Positions 1 through 11,290 of a stretch of 64,000 nucleotides of DNA are shown one piece after another; the first letter of the stretch is position 1; the number at the start of each line of letters is the position of its first letter. The notes below the pieces were generated by a model, which was given only the letters and a program-made list of their open reading frames with translations, had not been told where the DNA came from and ran no database searches. The DNA comes from an uncultured candidate division Zixibacteria bacterium (GTDB lineage Bacteria; Zixibacteria; MSB-5A5; GN15; FEB-12): positions 32,001-96,000 of the forward strand of contig CAVTJJ010000002.1 in assembly GCA_963735035.1 (NCBI GenBank), in the 5' to 3' direction. A program made the position numbers and the translations under genes.

Positions 1-328
1 AGCGCTGGGCGGTGACTTTGATTTCGAGAGCGCCGTGAGGAACGATGTAGAGCCGCATGTAAGCGCGAAATCCCCATACAAACACTATCATCATCAGGAT
101 TACCGGAATGACCGTCCAGGTTATCTCCAACCCCAGGCTGTGGTCTTTTCCCGATGTCAGCCCTGCTTTGCCCCGGCGTCGATATCGGAAGACAAAGACG
201 ATAACGCCCGTCGCTACGATCAGGAAGAACGCCAGACTGGCGTACAAGATGAAATTGAACAGAGAATCAAAATCCCCGGCCGACGTCGAAACCGCTGATG
301 GCAGCCAGGGTGCAACAGCCGTATCCAT
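1..328 (-). CDS. coxB: Cytochrome c oxidase subunit II (aa3/caa3-type), N-terminal part, runs off the window edge
   Basis: Not in the ORF track. Manual translation from ATG at 328: MDTAVAPWLPSAVSTSAGDFDSLFNFILYASLAFFLIVATGVIVFVFRYRRR...LEITWTVIPVILMMIVFVWGF...LEIKVTAQR. Two TM helices with the LEITWTVIP and VTAQ(R)W motifs; lies downstream of SCO and act genes. Confidence 0.9.
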   Translation of the reverse strand, partial: MDTAVAPWLPSAVSTSAGDFDSLFNFILYASLAFFLIVATGVIVFVFRYRRRGKAGLTSGKDHSLGLEITWTVIPVILMMIVFVWGFRAYMRLYIVPHGALEIKVTAQR

Positions 329-332
329 CGCC

Positions 333-1238
333 CTAACCTTTCGCTGCCTCTTCAGTCTTAACCGCCGACGTCGAATCCAGAGCCCGTCGGCGCTTTCTTT
401 CACCAAACCAGAGCAGGCTGACAAAAATGCCCAGCGCCAGGACGCTGGCCACTCCTCCCAGCTTCATGAGATTATTCGCCGCGACCGTATAGCCGCGAGT
501 ATCCGGATCATAATGATAGCAGTACAAGATCAGCCGCTCCATCGGGGTCCCAAGGTGTCCGTTCGATGCTTCCAAAAGACTCAGCTTGAGATCGGTCTTG
601 GAGAATTGTATACCGTAAAGATAGCGGGAGATGCGCCCGTCAGGAGTAAGCACATACGCCCCGGCCGGATGAGCATATTGTCCCTGGGCGCTGTCATAGA
701 AATACTTGAAACCGATTGCATCGGCCAAAGCGCGCGACTGCGTTGAATCTCCAACCAGGAACGCCCAGCCGGACTCGTCAATCGGGCGATTGATGGACTT
801 GAGGTAGTTCGCCTTCTTGGCGGCCGCCAACTCGTACTTCTCTTTCGGATTTATGCTGACCGTTACTATCTGAAACTGTTTGCCGGGATTCCAATCGAGC
901 TGATTGACACCATCGACCATCCCATTGAATACCAGATTGCAGAGCATCGGGCACTCGTAATAACCGAGTATGAGAACAACCGGACGTTGCCCGCTGAAAT
1001 ACTTGCCCAGTTGGACCGTGTCTCCGTGGTCGTCCACAAAGCGCAGGTTCTCAGGGATCGTATCCCCGATCTTCTCCACGATATCGACTCTACTCAATTC
1101 GGCCGAGGAGTCAAGCACCACCTGGCTGCGCACCGGTCCCGAGGCCATAAACAGTATCAGAACGAGCCATATGGCCCGTGTCCGATAACTGGCCAAGCGG
1201 ATATTGTCAGTTAGTGGAGTCATCGACCCATCCAACAA
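333..1238 (-). CDS. SCO/SenC family copper chaperone (true start probably slightly downstream)
   Basis: YECPMLC CxxxC motif, YAHP His ligand, LYCYHYDP motif and a C-terminal TM helix; position between actG and coxB is typical. Confidence 0.88.
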   Translation of the reverse strand: MLDGSMTPLTDNIRLASYRTRAIWLVLILFMASGPVRSQVVLDSSAELSRVDIVEKIGDTIPENLRFVDDHGDTVQLGKYFSGQRPVVLILGYYECPMLCNLVFNGMVDGVNQLDWNPGKQFQIVTVSINPKEKYELAAAKKANYLKSINRPIDESGWAFLVGDSTQSRALADAIGFKYFYDSAQGQYAHPAGAYVLTPDGRISRYLYGIQFSKTDLKLSLLEASNGHLGTPMERLILYCYHYDPDTRGYTVAANNLMKLGGVASVLALGIFVSLLWFGERKRRRALDSTSAVKTEEAAKG

Positions 1239-1560
1239 CTATTTGTAGGTAGTGGTTCCCGTCGAATCGGCCGCTATCAGCTCCATGGCGCGCCTGATCG
1301 GAACCCGGTAAGTACCTGCAACGGAATCGACTACGCCGTAGCTTTTTAGAATCGAATCTTCGGCGTGACGAAGCGCCGGGAGTTCCGGCGCGACCGGCTT
1401 CAAGGTCTGCTCGAAGTAGATCTCTTCCCGAGTATTGATGAAAGCGTTGTAGAGCACTAATCACTACGATGACGATGAATATCACCGCCGCCAGCGCGGT
1501 CAGGAAGATCCGGCGGATGTTCGTGTCGCGATGCTCGTATTCGGACGGGTGGTCATTCAT
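1239..1560 (-). CDS. actG: Alternative complex III small subunit (ActG-like), apparent +1 frameshift near 1459
   Basis: MNDHPSEYEHRDTNIRRIFLTALAAVIFIVIVV from ATG 1560 joins, after removing one base, to VLYNAF...SYGVVDSVAGTYRVPIRRAMELIA; the YG.VD...R.PI.RAM motif is ActG-like. Confidence 0.65.
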
Positions 1561-1568
1561 CGAAGTTC

Positions 1569-2754
1569 TCACTGATTCACGAAATTTGATCGACTTCTCC
1601 AGCCAGGGATCGCCTACCGGGACGGTCGAATGCGAGCTGAACGAGCGCCAGAACCCGGCCAGGAAGAGACCGCCCAACCCTACCACCGGAGCCAGTTCGA
1701 TCCAACCGACTGACGGCCCCGATTCAAAATAGACTGGATAGACTAACCAGTACATATCGACCCAATGCATCACGACCAGCAAGACGGCTCCCAAGCCCAG
1801 CCACGGGATTCTTCGCTTGACGCCCTGGAAAATCAGGTAAACAAATGGAATTATGAAATGACCGAACAACAAGAACAGGCTAAACCCTTTCCAACCTCCT
1901 TGCCAACGAGCCAGGAACCAGATCGTCTCTTCCGGGATGTTTCCGTACCAGATCAGGAAATACTGTGAGAATCCGATGTACGCCCAAAATATGATGAAGG
2001 CAAACATCAGTTTCCCAAGATCATGGTAATGCTCCACCGTGATGCTCTCACGCAGGATACCGTTTCGCCGCAGGAACATGCTCAAGAGTGCAATGGCCGA
2101 GACTCCAGCCAGGAACAGGCCACCGAAATAGTAGACGCCGAAAATGGTCGAGTACCAATGGGGCGCCAGTGACATCAGCCAGTCGAAAGCGGCAAACGTG
2201 ATTGTCACAGCGAATAACAGCATCCCCACGGCGGAGACTTTGCGTAGCCCGCTAATATGGTCTTGCTGCGGAGCGATGTCCTGCGCCAACGACTTCTTTC
2301 TCAAAAGATACGCCAGGAGTCCCCAGATGCCAAAATAGACCACTGCCCGAATGATAAAGAAAGGTACATTCAGGTATCCTGACTTCCATTTCAGAAGATG
2401 ATCGCTCGCCACAGTTTCAGGGTGCGACCATTCAAACAGGTCGTGCATTCCGAGAAGCACTGGGACAAACGCCAGCGCCAGCCATGGAAGCTGAAGCATC
2501 ATGGCCTCAGAGACGCGACGCAGCACTACGCTCCAGCGTGCCGCGGTCAAATAATGCAGCATCGTGAAGAACAACCCGGCCAGAGCCAGCGAAAGCCAGA
2601 ATAGAAACGCAGTCAGCCAGGCATGATAGAACCGGGGGGCATCGGTCATCCAACCCAGACCGCTCACCACAAGCCCGAGCAGTCCAACCGCCAACGCGAC
2701 CGGCATGACCCGTCCGCGTTCGAGGATTACATATTTCAGTGCGTCGTACTTCAC
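1569..2754 (-). CDS. actF: Alternative complex III membrane subunit ActF; the track ORF reads through to 1207 because of an apparent extra base near 1583-1585
   Basis: Multi-TM protein with FDWLMSLAPHWYSTIFG, DLGKLMFAF and SQYFLIWYGNIPEE. Removing one T gives a normal end ...GDPWLEKSIKFVNQ-TGA at 1569. Confidence 0.88.
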
Positions 2755-2768
2755 GATCCTATTACCGT

Positions 2769-3371
2769 CTAATGCAAGTTCTGTCGTTCTGCCTGCGGAA
2801 TGTCGTTAATCGTCGACCGGTGGCTCTTCTGCAGCGCCCTGACATACCCTACAATCGACCAGCGATCATCGATCGGGATCTGATACCTGTAGGGCGGCAT
2901 GTTGCGCAAACCGTTCGTCATGACATTGAAGATGTGACCGTCCTCAATGTTTACGAGGCGTGGATCATGGAAACTTGGCGGCGGCAGCATCCCCTTTATG
3001 ACCATAATACTCTTCGCGTTGCCCACCCTTCCGTGGCAGGGTGCACAGTATATATTGAACCGTTCCTGACCGCGCTGAAGCCTCGCCATGGTCATCATGA
3101 CCGGGGCCTTCTTCACCAGTTTACCGCCGGCGTCCATACCTTCATAGTATTCTGATGAATCCGCGCGCAGCCACCCACGGGCCACCGTGCCCTCGACCGG
3201 CTGGCGCATTGTTGAACCATCCGCAAAATAATCACTCGAAGCCTGTGGTTTGTACTTGGGTTGATCGGCCATGTTCTGTTGGACGCGCATCGGGGGCTTA
3301 TCCGAAGGTTGGTGCCGCGAACATCCTGACGCCGCCAACAAAAGGATAGCCATGACAACAAGTTTCTTCAT
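2769..3371 (-). CDS. actE: Alternative complex III monoheme cytochrome c lipoprotein ActE
   Basis: Lipobox-like AASGC, NMADQPKYKPQ, PVEGTVARG, one CAPCH, distal Met in NMPPY. Confidence 0.9.
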   Translation of the reverse strand: MKKLVVMAILLLAASGCSRHQPSDKPPMRVQQNMADQPKYKPQASSDYFADGSTMRQPVEGTVARGWLRADSSEYYEGMDAGGKLVKKAPVMMTMARLQRGQERFNIYCAPCHGRVGNAKSIMVIKGMLPPPSFHDPRLVNIEDGHIFNVMTNGLRNMPPYRYQIPIDDRWSIVGYVRALQKSHRSTINDIPQAERQNLH

Positions 3372-3916
3372 GCGCCCCTCACTACTTCGATACGGCAGCC
3401 GCCGATCGATTCGAGAAACTTACCGGTTGTCTCGGCGTCGAACTTAGGATCTTCGGCTTCGATGCTGACAAAGAAGGCGTCGTCGGAAAACCGCTTGAAG
3501 TTCTCCGAATAGAAATTGCCGTGAAACCATTGCGGCAGACGATTCAGAATTAGCATCCCGAACACGGCCCCCAGTGCTGCGCCAAGTATTGTCAAGCCAA
3601 AGGTGACGATTATGAACGCCTGCCAGGAGAAATAGGGTTTGCCGGCGATTACCATCGGATAATCCACCGCACTGGTCCACCACTGCAACCACATGGCAAA
3701 CGTTCCTCCCAGGGCGCCACATATTCCGGCAATGAAACCAACTTTCGACCGATTCAGCCCCATGGCGGCGTCCATCCCATGAATCGGGAAAGGTGAATGA
3801 CAGTCAAATTTCTTATAACCGGCATCGCGTACCTTTTCAGCCGCCTGGAGCAGCTCACCGGCAGAACCGAACTCAGCCAGCACCGAATAGATTCTCTCCT
3901 TTGCCGCCGTTGCCAT
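3368..3916 (-). CDS. actD: Alternative complex III subunit ActD (DUF3341)
   Basis: Start MATAAKE at 3916, coupled to the actC stop. Motifs HSPFPIHGMDAAMG, DYPMVIAGKP and SDDAFFVSI. Confidence 0.9.
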   Translation of the reverse strand: MATAAKERIYSVLAEFGSAGELLQAAEKVRDAGYKKFDCHSPFPIHGMDAAMGLNRSKVGFIAGICGALGGTFAMWLQWWTSAVDYPMVIAGKPYFSWQAFIIVTFGLTILGAALGAVFGMLILNRLPQWFHGNFYSENFKRFSDDAFFVSIEAEDPKFDAETTGKFLESIGGCRIEVVRGA

Positions 3917-5298
3917 CAGTGCTTCCCTCCATGATGGGGATCCGCTTCCGGCAGTACCCCTTTCACTTCTGACATAGCGATCATGGGCACGAACTTGGCA
4001 AAGAGCAGGAAGAGCGTAAAGAATAGTCCGAACGTTCCAACGAAAGTCGAAATGTCCCAAATAGACGGCTTGTAGTACTCCCAGCTCGACGGCAAGTAGT
4101 CGCGCGAAAGCGACATGACAATCACAAAGCGTTCAAACCACATGCCGATATTTATTAGAATCGAGGCTACGAACATTATCCAAATTGTACGTCGCCATTT
4201 CTTCACCCAGAATATCTGCGGTACGATCACGTTGCAGCTGATCATGATCCAATATGCCCAGGCATACGGCCCGAAGGCTCGATTGATAAACGTGAACGAC
4301 TCGTAAATATTGCCGGAGTACCAGGCAATAAAGAACTCACAGCCATAGGCGTAACCGACCATCATGCCGGTGACCATCATGATCTTGTTCATCTTCTCAA
4401 GATGGTCAAGAGTGATGAAATGCTCCAGACTGAGAATGTTTCGCGCGACAACGGCCAGGGTCATTACCATAGCAAAGCCGGAGAAGATCGCACCGGCTAC
4501 AAAATAGGGAGGGAAGATCGTTGAGTGCCACCCCGGCACAATTGACGTCGCAAAATCGGTAGACACGACCGAGTGAACTGACAGCACCAACGGAGTTGAA
4601 ATACCTGCGAGAATCAAATAAGCCAGTTCGTAATTCTTCCACTGTCGGTTGCCGCCACGCCACCCAAAGCTGAGAATGCCCAGCACAATCTTACGGACCC
4701 TTGTGACGGCGCGGTCTCTCAGTGTGGCGAGGTCCGGTATCAGACCCACAAACCAGAATAGAAGTGAACAGGTAAAATAGATCGAGACCGCAAACACGTC
4801 CCACAGCAAAGGCGAGCGGAAATTCGGCCACATGCTCATCTGATTCGGGATCGGGAAGACCCAATAGAGCAGCCAGGCGCGGCCGACATGGATCGACGGG
4901 AACACCAGCGCACAGAGAACTGCAAACAGAGTCATCGACTCGGCGAACCGGTTGATGGAAGTACGCCAGCGTTGACGAAATAGAAACAGAACGGCGGATA
5001 TCAGTGTCCCGGCGTGACCGATACCGACCCACCAGACGAAGTTGACAATCGCCCAGCCCCACGCGACCGGAACGTTGAGTCCCCAGATACCTACCCCTTC
5101 CCAGAATAAGTATCCAATCGAGCCAATCAAGAGCAACAGCCCGGAAAAGGCCGCACTGAATCCAAGCAACCAGTTAAGTGGAATCTTGCGCTCGGTGATC
5201 CCTGCGATCTTAAGACTGATCGTACCGAACGTTTGACCGCCGGTAATCAGTGGCGCGTCGGCGCCGGGTGGTAAGCCTGTCTTCTCGAGCGTGCTCAT
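3916..5298 (-). CDS. actC: Alternative complex III quinol-binding NrfD-family subunit ActC
   Basis: [40 protein letters not shown] and GMWFERFVI motifs. Confidence 0.96.
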   Translation of the reverse strand: MSTLEKTGLPPGADAPLITGGQTFGTISLKIAGITERKIPLNWLLGFSAAFSGLLLLIGSIGYLFWEGVGIWGLNVPVAWGWAIVNFVWWVGIGHAGTLISAVLFLFRQRWRTSINRFAESMTLFAVLCALVFPSIHVGRAWLLYWVFPIPNQMSMWPNFRSPLLWDVFAVSIYFTCSLLFWFVGLIPDLATLRDRAVTRVRKIVLGILSFGWRGGNRQWKNYELAYLILAGISTPLVLSVHSVVSTDFATSIVPGWHSTIFPPYFVAGAIFSGFAMVMTLAVVARNILSLEHFITLDHLEKMNKIMMVTGMMVGYAYGCEFFIAWYSGNIYESFTFINRAFGPYAWAYWIMISCNVIVPQIFWVKKWRRTIWIMFVASILINIGMWFERFVIVMSLSRDYLPSSWEYYKPSIWDISTFVGTFGLFFTLFLLFAKFVPMIAMSEVKGVLPEADPHHGGKH

Positions 5299-5305
5299 TT
5301 GAGTT

Positions 5306-8269
5306 TCAACCGTTATGATCTTCTTCGCTTCTGCCCGATTCGACCAGCGTCGGATTAGGATTACGCAACTTCGCCATGTACGTTGTGCGCGGACGGGTAT
5401 TCATTTCTTCAAGTACTCGATACTTGCGATCGTTCTGCTTCAATTGTGCTACCCGGCTCTTCGGGTCCCTGATATTACCAAACACAATCGCCTGCGCCGG
5501 ACAAGCGGACTCGCAGGCCGTCTTGATCTCGCCGTCCGCGACCGTCCGTCCATGGGTCTTGGCATTGATCTTGCCCAGAGCGATGCGCTGGATGCAGTAG
5601 GTGCACTTTTCCATGACACCGCGCGAACGGACCGTCACCTCCGGATTCTGCGCCATCTTGACCAGTTCCGGGAAATCCTTGGTATAGTTGAAGAAATTGA
5701 AGCGCCGGACTTTGTACGGACAGTTGTTGGAGCAATATCTTGTCCCGATGCAGCGATTGTAGACCATCACGTTGAGGCCTTCGGGATCGTGATTCGTGGC
5801 CGCCACCGGGCAGACCTGCTCGCACGGCGCCATCTCGCAGTGCTGGCAGTTCATCGGCTGCACGACCACTTCCGGGTCGGCGACATCGCCGGAATAGTAC
5901 CGGTCGATCCGTATCCAGTGCATCTCGCGGGCACGGCGCACCTGCTCATGGCCGACAATCGGGATATTATTCTCGGACTGGCAAGCGATCACACAGGCGT
6001 TGCATCCGGTGCAGGCGTTCAGATCGATCGACATCCCCCACTGATACCCTTGGTCATACTTGTGCTCATCCCACATTGAAGTCAGGGGCGGGTGTTCGAT
6101 TTCCAGCGGAAAGAACTCCGCTTTCTGCTTGTAACCGGCGAGCGTGTTTTCGCGAACTATCGGCCGCCCTTCCATGCTGCCGTGATCCTGGGTGCAGGCG
6201 AGCTCCGCTTTCGCGCCGGTCTTGCGAATCTTGACATTAGGTACGAACCACATGTAAGCGGATATACGCAACTTGTTGGCATCAACTCCAACACCATTAC
6301 CTACCCGTCCGGCGGCGATGCGACCGTAGCCGAGCGCTAACGAGACGGTGTTGTCCGCCTGGCCGGGCGACGTCCAGATCGGGGCTTCTAGTGTTCGTCC
6401 GTTTGCCTCGACCTCGACGATATCTTCGTTTTCGAGACCGAGCTTCTCGGCCAGTATCGGACTTACTAATAGCGCGTTGCCCCATGTCAGCTTGGTAATC
6501 GGATCGGGAAGCTCCTGAAGCCAGCCGTTGTTGGCAAAGCGGCCGTCGAAAAGTGGCCCTACCATATACGTTAGTTCAATACTGTCTGGCGGATTCAGGG
6601 ATCTGCCCGTACCAACTGGCTTCACAGCAAACTGCGCATCAGCAACTTCATCGGGTCGATAGACGCCGTCATGTAACACTCGCCGCCAGGCGCTTTCGGA
6701 GCCATCCTTAAGGAATCTCTCATTCCATGTGTCACGGACCAGATCGTGCGCCGATTTCTCTTCGCCATAGGCGAGGAGCGCGAACATTTCAACGTCGTTG
6801 TGCGAGTTGTGCAGCGGGAGGATATTCGGCTGAATGACGCTGACCGTGCCGTCAACCGAAGCCGCATCACCCCAACTCTCGAGATAGTGAGAGCGGGGTA
6901 TGTGCCAGGGTGACCGAGACCCGGTCTCATCGACGTGCGAACCAAAATGCACCCTGTTGGGGACTTTCCGGAATATCGCTTCAAAGCCGCGATTCGCGGG
7001 CATACTCAGCATCGGGTTACTACCGAGTACGACCAGGGTACTGACTCTGCCCAGCTCGAGGTATCTGTTCAGCGGGTAATGCCCGGCGACAGTAGAAATG
7101 GCCGCGAATGGCATTGGCCTATAGGCGATTGGAGCCTCGCCGCCGATGTTTCCCAGCGCCTGATTCAGCAACATCACCATGTGATGCACTTCCGGAGGCT
7201 GACGCCGCCCGGCGATCACAAGCCCTTTGCCGCGATGCGACAAGAGATCATCAGCCAGTGATTTGGCAACTTGCAGGTCGAACGTTTCTCCATAGTAAGG
7301 AACAAGACCGACGTCTACATCGTGCGCAATTAAGCCTCCGGCGACGGCTCTTAGAAACAGCCCGACGTCGGAGGTGCAACTTCGCACCCGGTGGTCCGCC
7401 ATCATGCCGGTCACCGACATATTCGGCTCAACCACATAGAGCCGATTCATGTCATCTTTCTGACTCTCTACCCGCCGACCTTTGGAAAACGCGGTCGTAT
7501 GCTTGACCGACTCACTCTCACTCCCGAGAAAATCACAATCGAGTGACAGAATAACTTTGGCCCGGTCAAAATGATAGATCGGCTGCAATTTCTGGCCGGT
7601 CGCATCTTCGATTCCACGATAGATGTTCTCATCGGAGATCGGCTCCCAGGGCACCCAAAATGCTCCGGGAAACGTTTCTTCAAACTGCTTCTTGAGTCGA
7701 GCCAGAGTCGGTGAATTGAACGTCTCGGAAAGTACCGCCAGCCCTACCCCGCCGTTCGCTTTGAATTTGGCGTGCTGGGTCTTCCACCATTTGACAAAAT
7801 CTTCCCAGGTGGAATCGGCGCCCTTGTGAAGCACGGTCTTCGAGCGATCAGGATCATACAGATCGAGAATTGACGCCTGTATCTGTGCGCTTACCGCACC
7901 GCCCGACGATGGATGCAGAGGATTGCCTTCGATGAAAGTCGGGCGGCCCTCGTAATTCCTGACGATCACACCGTAGGCTGACAAACCAATCGGTACCGTC
8001 GTAGCGTAATAATTCGGCACACCGGGATCGACATTTTCCGGCCGAATTACATACGGCACGATCTTTTCTACCGGACGGCGGCATGAAGTAAGCCCGGCGA
8101 GCGCCAGCGATGCCCCCATCGTGGTGAGGAATGACCGCCGCGTCCAGGCGTTATCGGCAAGTTCAATTGTCCCCTTCGGGAATTCCCGATGCAGGAATTC
8201 CTTGAACTCGTCGGTCTGCGACAAGTGGTCAAGCGAACGCCAGTAATCTTTGCCCTTGGCTTCCATCAT
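5306..8269 (-). CDS. actB: Alternative complex III subunit ActB (molybdopterin-oxidoreductase-like domain fused to an Fe-S domain)
   Basis: YWRSL start, TAT motif [20 protein letters not shown], and Fe-S motifs [37 protein letters not shown]. Confidence 0.96.
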   Translation of the reverse strand: MMEAKGKDYWRSLDHLSQTDEFKEFLHREFPKGTIELADNAWTRRSFLTTMGASLALAGLTSCRRPVEKIVPYVIRPENVDPGVPNYYATTVPIGLSAYGVIVRNYEGRPTFIEGNPLHPSSGGAVSAQIQASILDLYDPDRSKTVLHKGADSTWEDFVKWWKTQHAKFKANGGVGLAVLSETFNSPTLARLKKQFEETFPGAFWVPWEPISDENIYRGIEDATGQKLQPIYHFDRAKVILSLDCDFLGSESESVKHTTAFSKGRRVESQKDDMNRLYVVEPNMSVTGMMADHRVRSCTSDVGLFLRAVAGGLIAHDVDVGLVPYYGETFDLQVAKSLADDLLSHRGKGLVIAGRRQPPEVHHMVMLLNQALGNIGGEAPIAYRPMPFAAISTVAGHYPLNRYLELGRVSTLVVLGSNPMLSMPANRGFEAIFRKVPNRVHFGSHVDETGSRSPWHIPRSHYLESWGDAASVDGTVSVIQPNILPLHNSHNDVEMFALLAYGEEKSAHDLVRDTWNERFLKDGSESAWRRVLHDGVYRPDEVADAQFAVKPVGTGRSLNPPDSIELTYMVGPLFDGRFANNGWLQELPDPITKLTWGNALLVSPILAEKLGLENEDIVEVEANGRTLEAPIWTSPGQADNTVSLALGYGRIAAGRVGNGVGVDANKLRISAYMWFVPNVKIRKTGAKAELACTQDHGSMEGRPIVRENTLAGYKQKAEFFPLEIEHPPLTSMWDEHKYDQGYQWGMSIDLNACTGCNACVIACQSENNIPIVGHEQVRRAREMHWIRIDRYYSGDVADPEVVVQPMNCQHCEMAPCEQVCPVAATNHDPEGLNVMVYNRCIGTRYCSNNCPYKVRRFNFFNYTKDFPELVKMAQNPEVTVRSRGVMEKCTYCIQRIALGKINAKTHGRTVADGEIKTACESACPAQAIVFGNIRDPKSRVAQLKQNDRKYRVLEEMNTRPRTTYMAKLRNPNPTLVESGRSEEDHNG

Positions 8270-8275
8270 CTCGAT

Positions 8276-8923
8276 CTATCTATGACACCCCGAGCAGGCA
8301 GTCGGGGGCTTGATGTTCTTTTCCTGTTTCCACCGGACGACCCACTCGCCGAGGTCGGCCGGCTTTTCCCAATTCATATTCGTGACTTCGCTCACCGGCC
8401 GAAGGTATTGATCGGGGTTCCGATGGCATTCCAGACACCAACCCATGCTGAGCGGTTTCGAAAGCGTGATCTCCTCCATCTGGGTCACATTGCCATGACA
8501 GGAGATGCACCCTACCCCGGCGCTGAGGTGCGCAGAATGGTTGAAATAGACGAAATCGGGCAAGTGGTGGACGCGAATCCATTCGATCGGTTGCCCCGAT
8601 GCAAAACTGCTGCTCACGAGTTTCATCTTCTCAGTGTCCGGCTTGACCATTGTGTGACAATTCATACAGGTCCGGAGCGGCGGCACATTGGCGTGAGCCT
8701 GACGCTCGACCGAAGTATGGCAGTAGCGGCAGTCGACCCCCAGATCACCCGCGTGGACTTTGTGGCTGTACGCCACCGGTTGATGCGGTCGATAGCCGAC
8801 ATCGGTGTACTCCGGCGAAAAATAGTACCAGACCAATCCAACCACTCCGATCAGGGCACAAACACCGCCGATCGCGATGGCGGTCGGTATCCTATTGGAC
8901 CATTTTGGAAAGATCTGCGCCAA
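8276..8923 (-). CDS. actA: Alternative complex III pentaheme cytochrome c ActA
   Basis: MAQIFP start, one TM helix, five CxxCH motifs (CRYCH, CMNCH, CISCH, CLECH, CSGCH), LSMGWCLECH. Confidence 0.95.
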   Translation of the reverse strand: MAQIFPKWSNRIPTAIAIGGVCALIGVVGLVWYYFSPEYTDVGYRPHQPVAYSHKVHAGDLGVDCRYCHTSVERQAHANVPPLRTCMNCHTMVKPDTEKMKLVSSSFASGQPIEWIRVHHLPDFVYFNHSAHLSAGVGCISCHGNVTQMEEITLSKPLSMGWCLECHRNPDQYLRPVSEVTNMNWEKPADLGEWVVRWKQEKNIKPPTACSGCHR

Positions 8924-9125
8924 GAGTCAATTTCCGTACTGCTGAAACATCTCAATTATGTTCTGGTCGAGCCGGCGTTGCCCTCAAGGGACCAGGACCA
9001 ACCTCGCACCCGATTTCGTCCCACATTCTACTTACTGAGCGATAGAATAGTTATCGACCGTCAATGTCAACCTTTTCCTATTTCAACAACTTCATACAGC
9101 ATCGTTCCGCATTCCGTACCCGGAC

Positions 9126-9998
9126 TCACGATGCTGCCGATATAACAAAACCGGCCATTATCGCCACAAACAAACCAAAAAGGTAATAGATCGAATACCG
9201 AAAGAGTCCTTTGACCTGCTGCAACTCACCAGTCCGATAGGCCACCACATTACGCCTTAACAGTTCGAATCCCAGGACTGCTGCAGCCAGCATATAGAGC
9301 CAGCCGGCACCGAGAAATCCCAGAGACAACGTCACCGCCACTAGAATCGCCGCATAGACCAGCATTTGCCGAAGAGTCGAGTGATCTCCCTTAACCAGCG
9401 GCATCATGGGAAGGCCGGTCACCCGGTAGTCATCTTTGAAAGCGATAGCCAGCGACCAGAAATGGGGCGGAGTCCAGAGGAATATGATCGCGAACATGAT
9501 CCAGGGAATCCAACCGGTCGACCCGGTCGCCGCCGCCCAGGCTCCCACTGGAGCCATCGCTCCGGCCGCCCCGCCTATTACGATGTTCTGGGTCGTGCTT
9601 GGTTTCAGTACCAGCGTGTAAAACAAACCGTAGAAGAGTATCGTTGCGAGGGACAGAAGCGCCGCCAGCCAGTTGAAGAAGAACGCCAGGATCACCAGCC
9701 CGACCGCCCCAATCCCAATCGAGAAAGTCAGCGCCTGAGCCGGAGTGAGTTGCTTCAAAGGCAACGGTCGTCGTCCCGCTGTGCGGGTCATCTTCGCATC
9801 GAGGTCCCGTTCGAAGTACTGGTTCAATGAGTTGGCGCAGCCTCCTGTCAGAAACAAGCCGAGCATGAACAACAGGAACCGTCCCGGATGGCCCAGCATG
9901 CTTCCCTCGACCACCAACGCCGCCCCACCGGTGAACAGGACTAGCAGCATGATGGTCGGCTTAGTCAGCTTCAAATATGTCGAAATTGTAGCGCCCAT
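9126..9998 (-). CDS. ctaB: Protoheme IX farnesyltransferase (heme O synthase)
   Basis: LTKP start, NQYFERDLDAKMTRTAGRRPL, NIVIGGAAGA, FLWTPPHFWSLA. Confidence 0.96.
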   Translation of the reverse strand: MGATISTYLKLTKPTIMLLVLFTGGAALVVEGSMLGHPGRFLLFMLGLFLTGGCANSLNQYFERDLDAKMTRTAGRRPLPLKQLTPAQALTFSIGIGAVGLVILAFFFNWLAALLSLATILFYGLFYTLVLKPSTTQNIVIGGAAGAMAPVGAWAAATGSTGWIPWIMFAIIFLWTPPHFWSLAIAFKDDYRVTGLPMMPLVKGDHSTLRQMLVYAAILVAVTLSLGFLGAGWLYMLAAAVLGFELLRRNVVAYRTGELQQVKGLFRYSIYYLFGLFVAIMAGFVISAAS

Positions 9999-10104
9999 AA
10001 CACCCGCGAAATTTACAGAAACAACGGCGGATGATCCGATTGGTTCCCCAAAACGTCGGTCGAGCGCAATCTTCTTCTCTACCCGACGATTCCCGCCCAG
10101 AGCA

Positions 10105-10824
10105 TCAATGACAGGACTTGATTTCAGTCTGACCTCCAGGGTTGTGATCTATCTTTGGGCTCACGTAAGGTATTCCGAGCGACATGCCGCGCATCACGAA
10201 TAGCAAACCCAAAACCACCGCCCCCACGGGTACCAGTCGCCGCAATTTCATTCGCAGCCCACTGCCGATCAGGCGTCCGATTAAAGAGACTGCCAACATG
10301 GCCGGAAATGTCCCGGCCCCGAACACGGCCATATAAAGCGCCCCCGGCAACGGCGCCCCGGTAGTAGCCGCTCCGGCTAATGCGACATAGACCAAACCGC
10401 ACGGTAAGAATCCGTTCAGCAGCCCGATTACGAACATGGACTTCACCGAATTCTGCGCGAACAGCCGCCCCCAGAATCGACGGATCGGCTCGAACAGCCG
10501 GGCGTGCAGCCTTGAGCCGAACAGCACTGCCCCGAATCTGCCCGGCAGAAACACTGAGAGCAAGATCACAACGCCGAGGGCGATAGAAAGCACCTGCTGG
10601 TAACCGGAGACTCGGATCGTCTGCCCCACCAATCCGGCGGCAAGGCCTAGCACGCTATATGTCAGAATGCGTCCGAGATTGTAAGTAGCCCGACCTGCGA
10701 GATGCCGGGCGCGCGAGATGCCACTCACCGGCAACGCCACCGCAATCGGACCGCACATACCTATGCAGTGAAGGCTGCCTGCAAATCCAATTATGAATGC
10801 CGTCCAGATTTCCATATCTCCCAA
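10105..10824 (-). CDS. DsbD_2/TauE-like membrane protein of cbb3 maturation clusters
   Basis: GSLHCIGMCGP, YNLGRILTYS and GLLNGFLPCGLVY motifs. Confidence 0.88.
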   Translation of the reverse strand: MGDMEIWTAFIIGFAGSLHCIGMCGPIAVALPVSGISRARHLAGRATYNLGRILTYSVLGLAAGLVGQTIRVSGYQQVLSIALGVVILLSVFLPGRFGAVLFGSRLHARLFEPIRRFWGRLFAQNSVKSMFVIGLLNGFLPCGLVYVALAGAATTGAPLPGALYMAVFGAGTFPAMLAVSLIGRLIGSGLRMKLRRLVPVGAVVLGLLFVMRGMSLGIPYVSPKIDHNPGGQTEIKSCH

Positions 10825-10825
10825 C

Positions 10826-11290
10826 CTACGGAATTATCAGTTTCGACTGATATAAGTAAGTTGTCGAATCGACCGCCCAGTCAACTTCGATTCGCCAGAG
10901 CCCTCTCGCCAGACCGGCCAGCGATATTTCCTGCGATCCGGAAGAATCGAGACTCAGCGTCCAGTTCCTGTCAAACCGTTCGTTAGAAGGCCGCATCAAG
11001 CGCACTTGGCCTTCCACCAGTGCCCTGCCCCCAAATCCGGGAATTCGAATCGTCATATTCTGGGACGAAGGGTTCGGCTCGATTGTCACACCGCTGTCGA
11101 GGGCGACTGTCCGGTTGACCTGGTCGATGCGTCCCTGGTAGTTCAAACCCTTTTCATACGGATGGTCCTCTACCAATTCGACGTCTTGAATCGAAGCGTA
11201 CAGGACAAGCCCCAGCACAAACACCACAAACCCACCGTAGAAGACAAATGATCCTATCCCCCAGGCCGATTTCCAAAACGATTTGCTCAT
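10826..11290 (-). CDS. ccoH: FixH/CcoH family protein
   Basis: N-terminal TM, LVEDHPYEKGLNYQ, RPS...D and GLWRI motifs; directly follows ccoG. Confidence 0.8.
   Translation of the reverse strand: MSKSFWKSAWGIGSFVFYGGFVVFVLGLVLYASIQDVELVEDHPYEKGLNYQGRIDQVNRTVALDSGVTIEPNPSSQNMTIRIPGFGGRALVEGQVRLMRPSNERFDRNWTLSLDSSGSQEISLAGLARGLWRIEVDWAVDSTTYLYQSKLIIP

Noticed and set aside
1207..2754. Apparent 515-aa ActF-ActG fusion
   Set aside because: Explained by a single extra base at the ActF C-terminus; the corrected frame stops at 1569 and ActG has its own ATG at 1560.
5315..9145. Long plus-strand ORFs (5315-6079, 8189-9145) and similar antisense ORFs elsewhere
   Set aside because: Antisense shadows of well-supported genes in GC-rich coding sequence.
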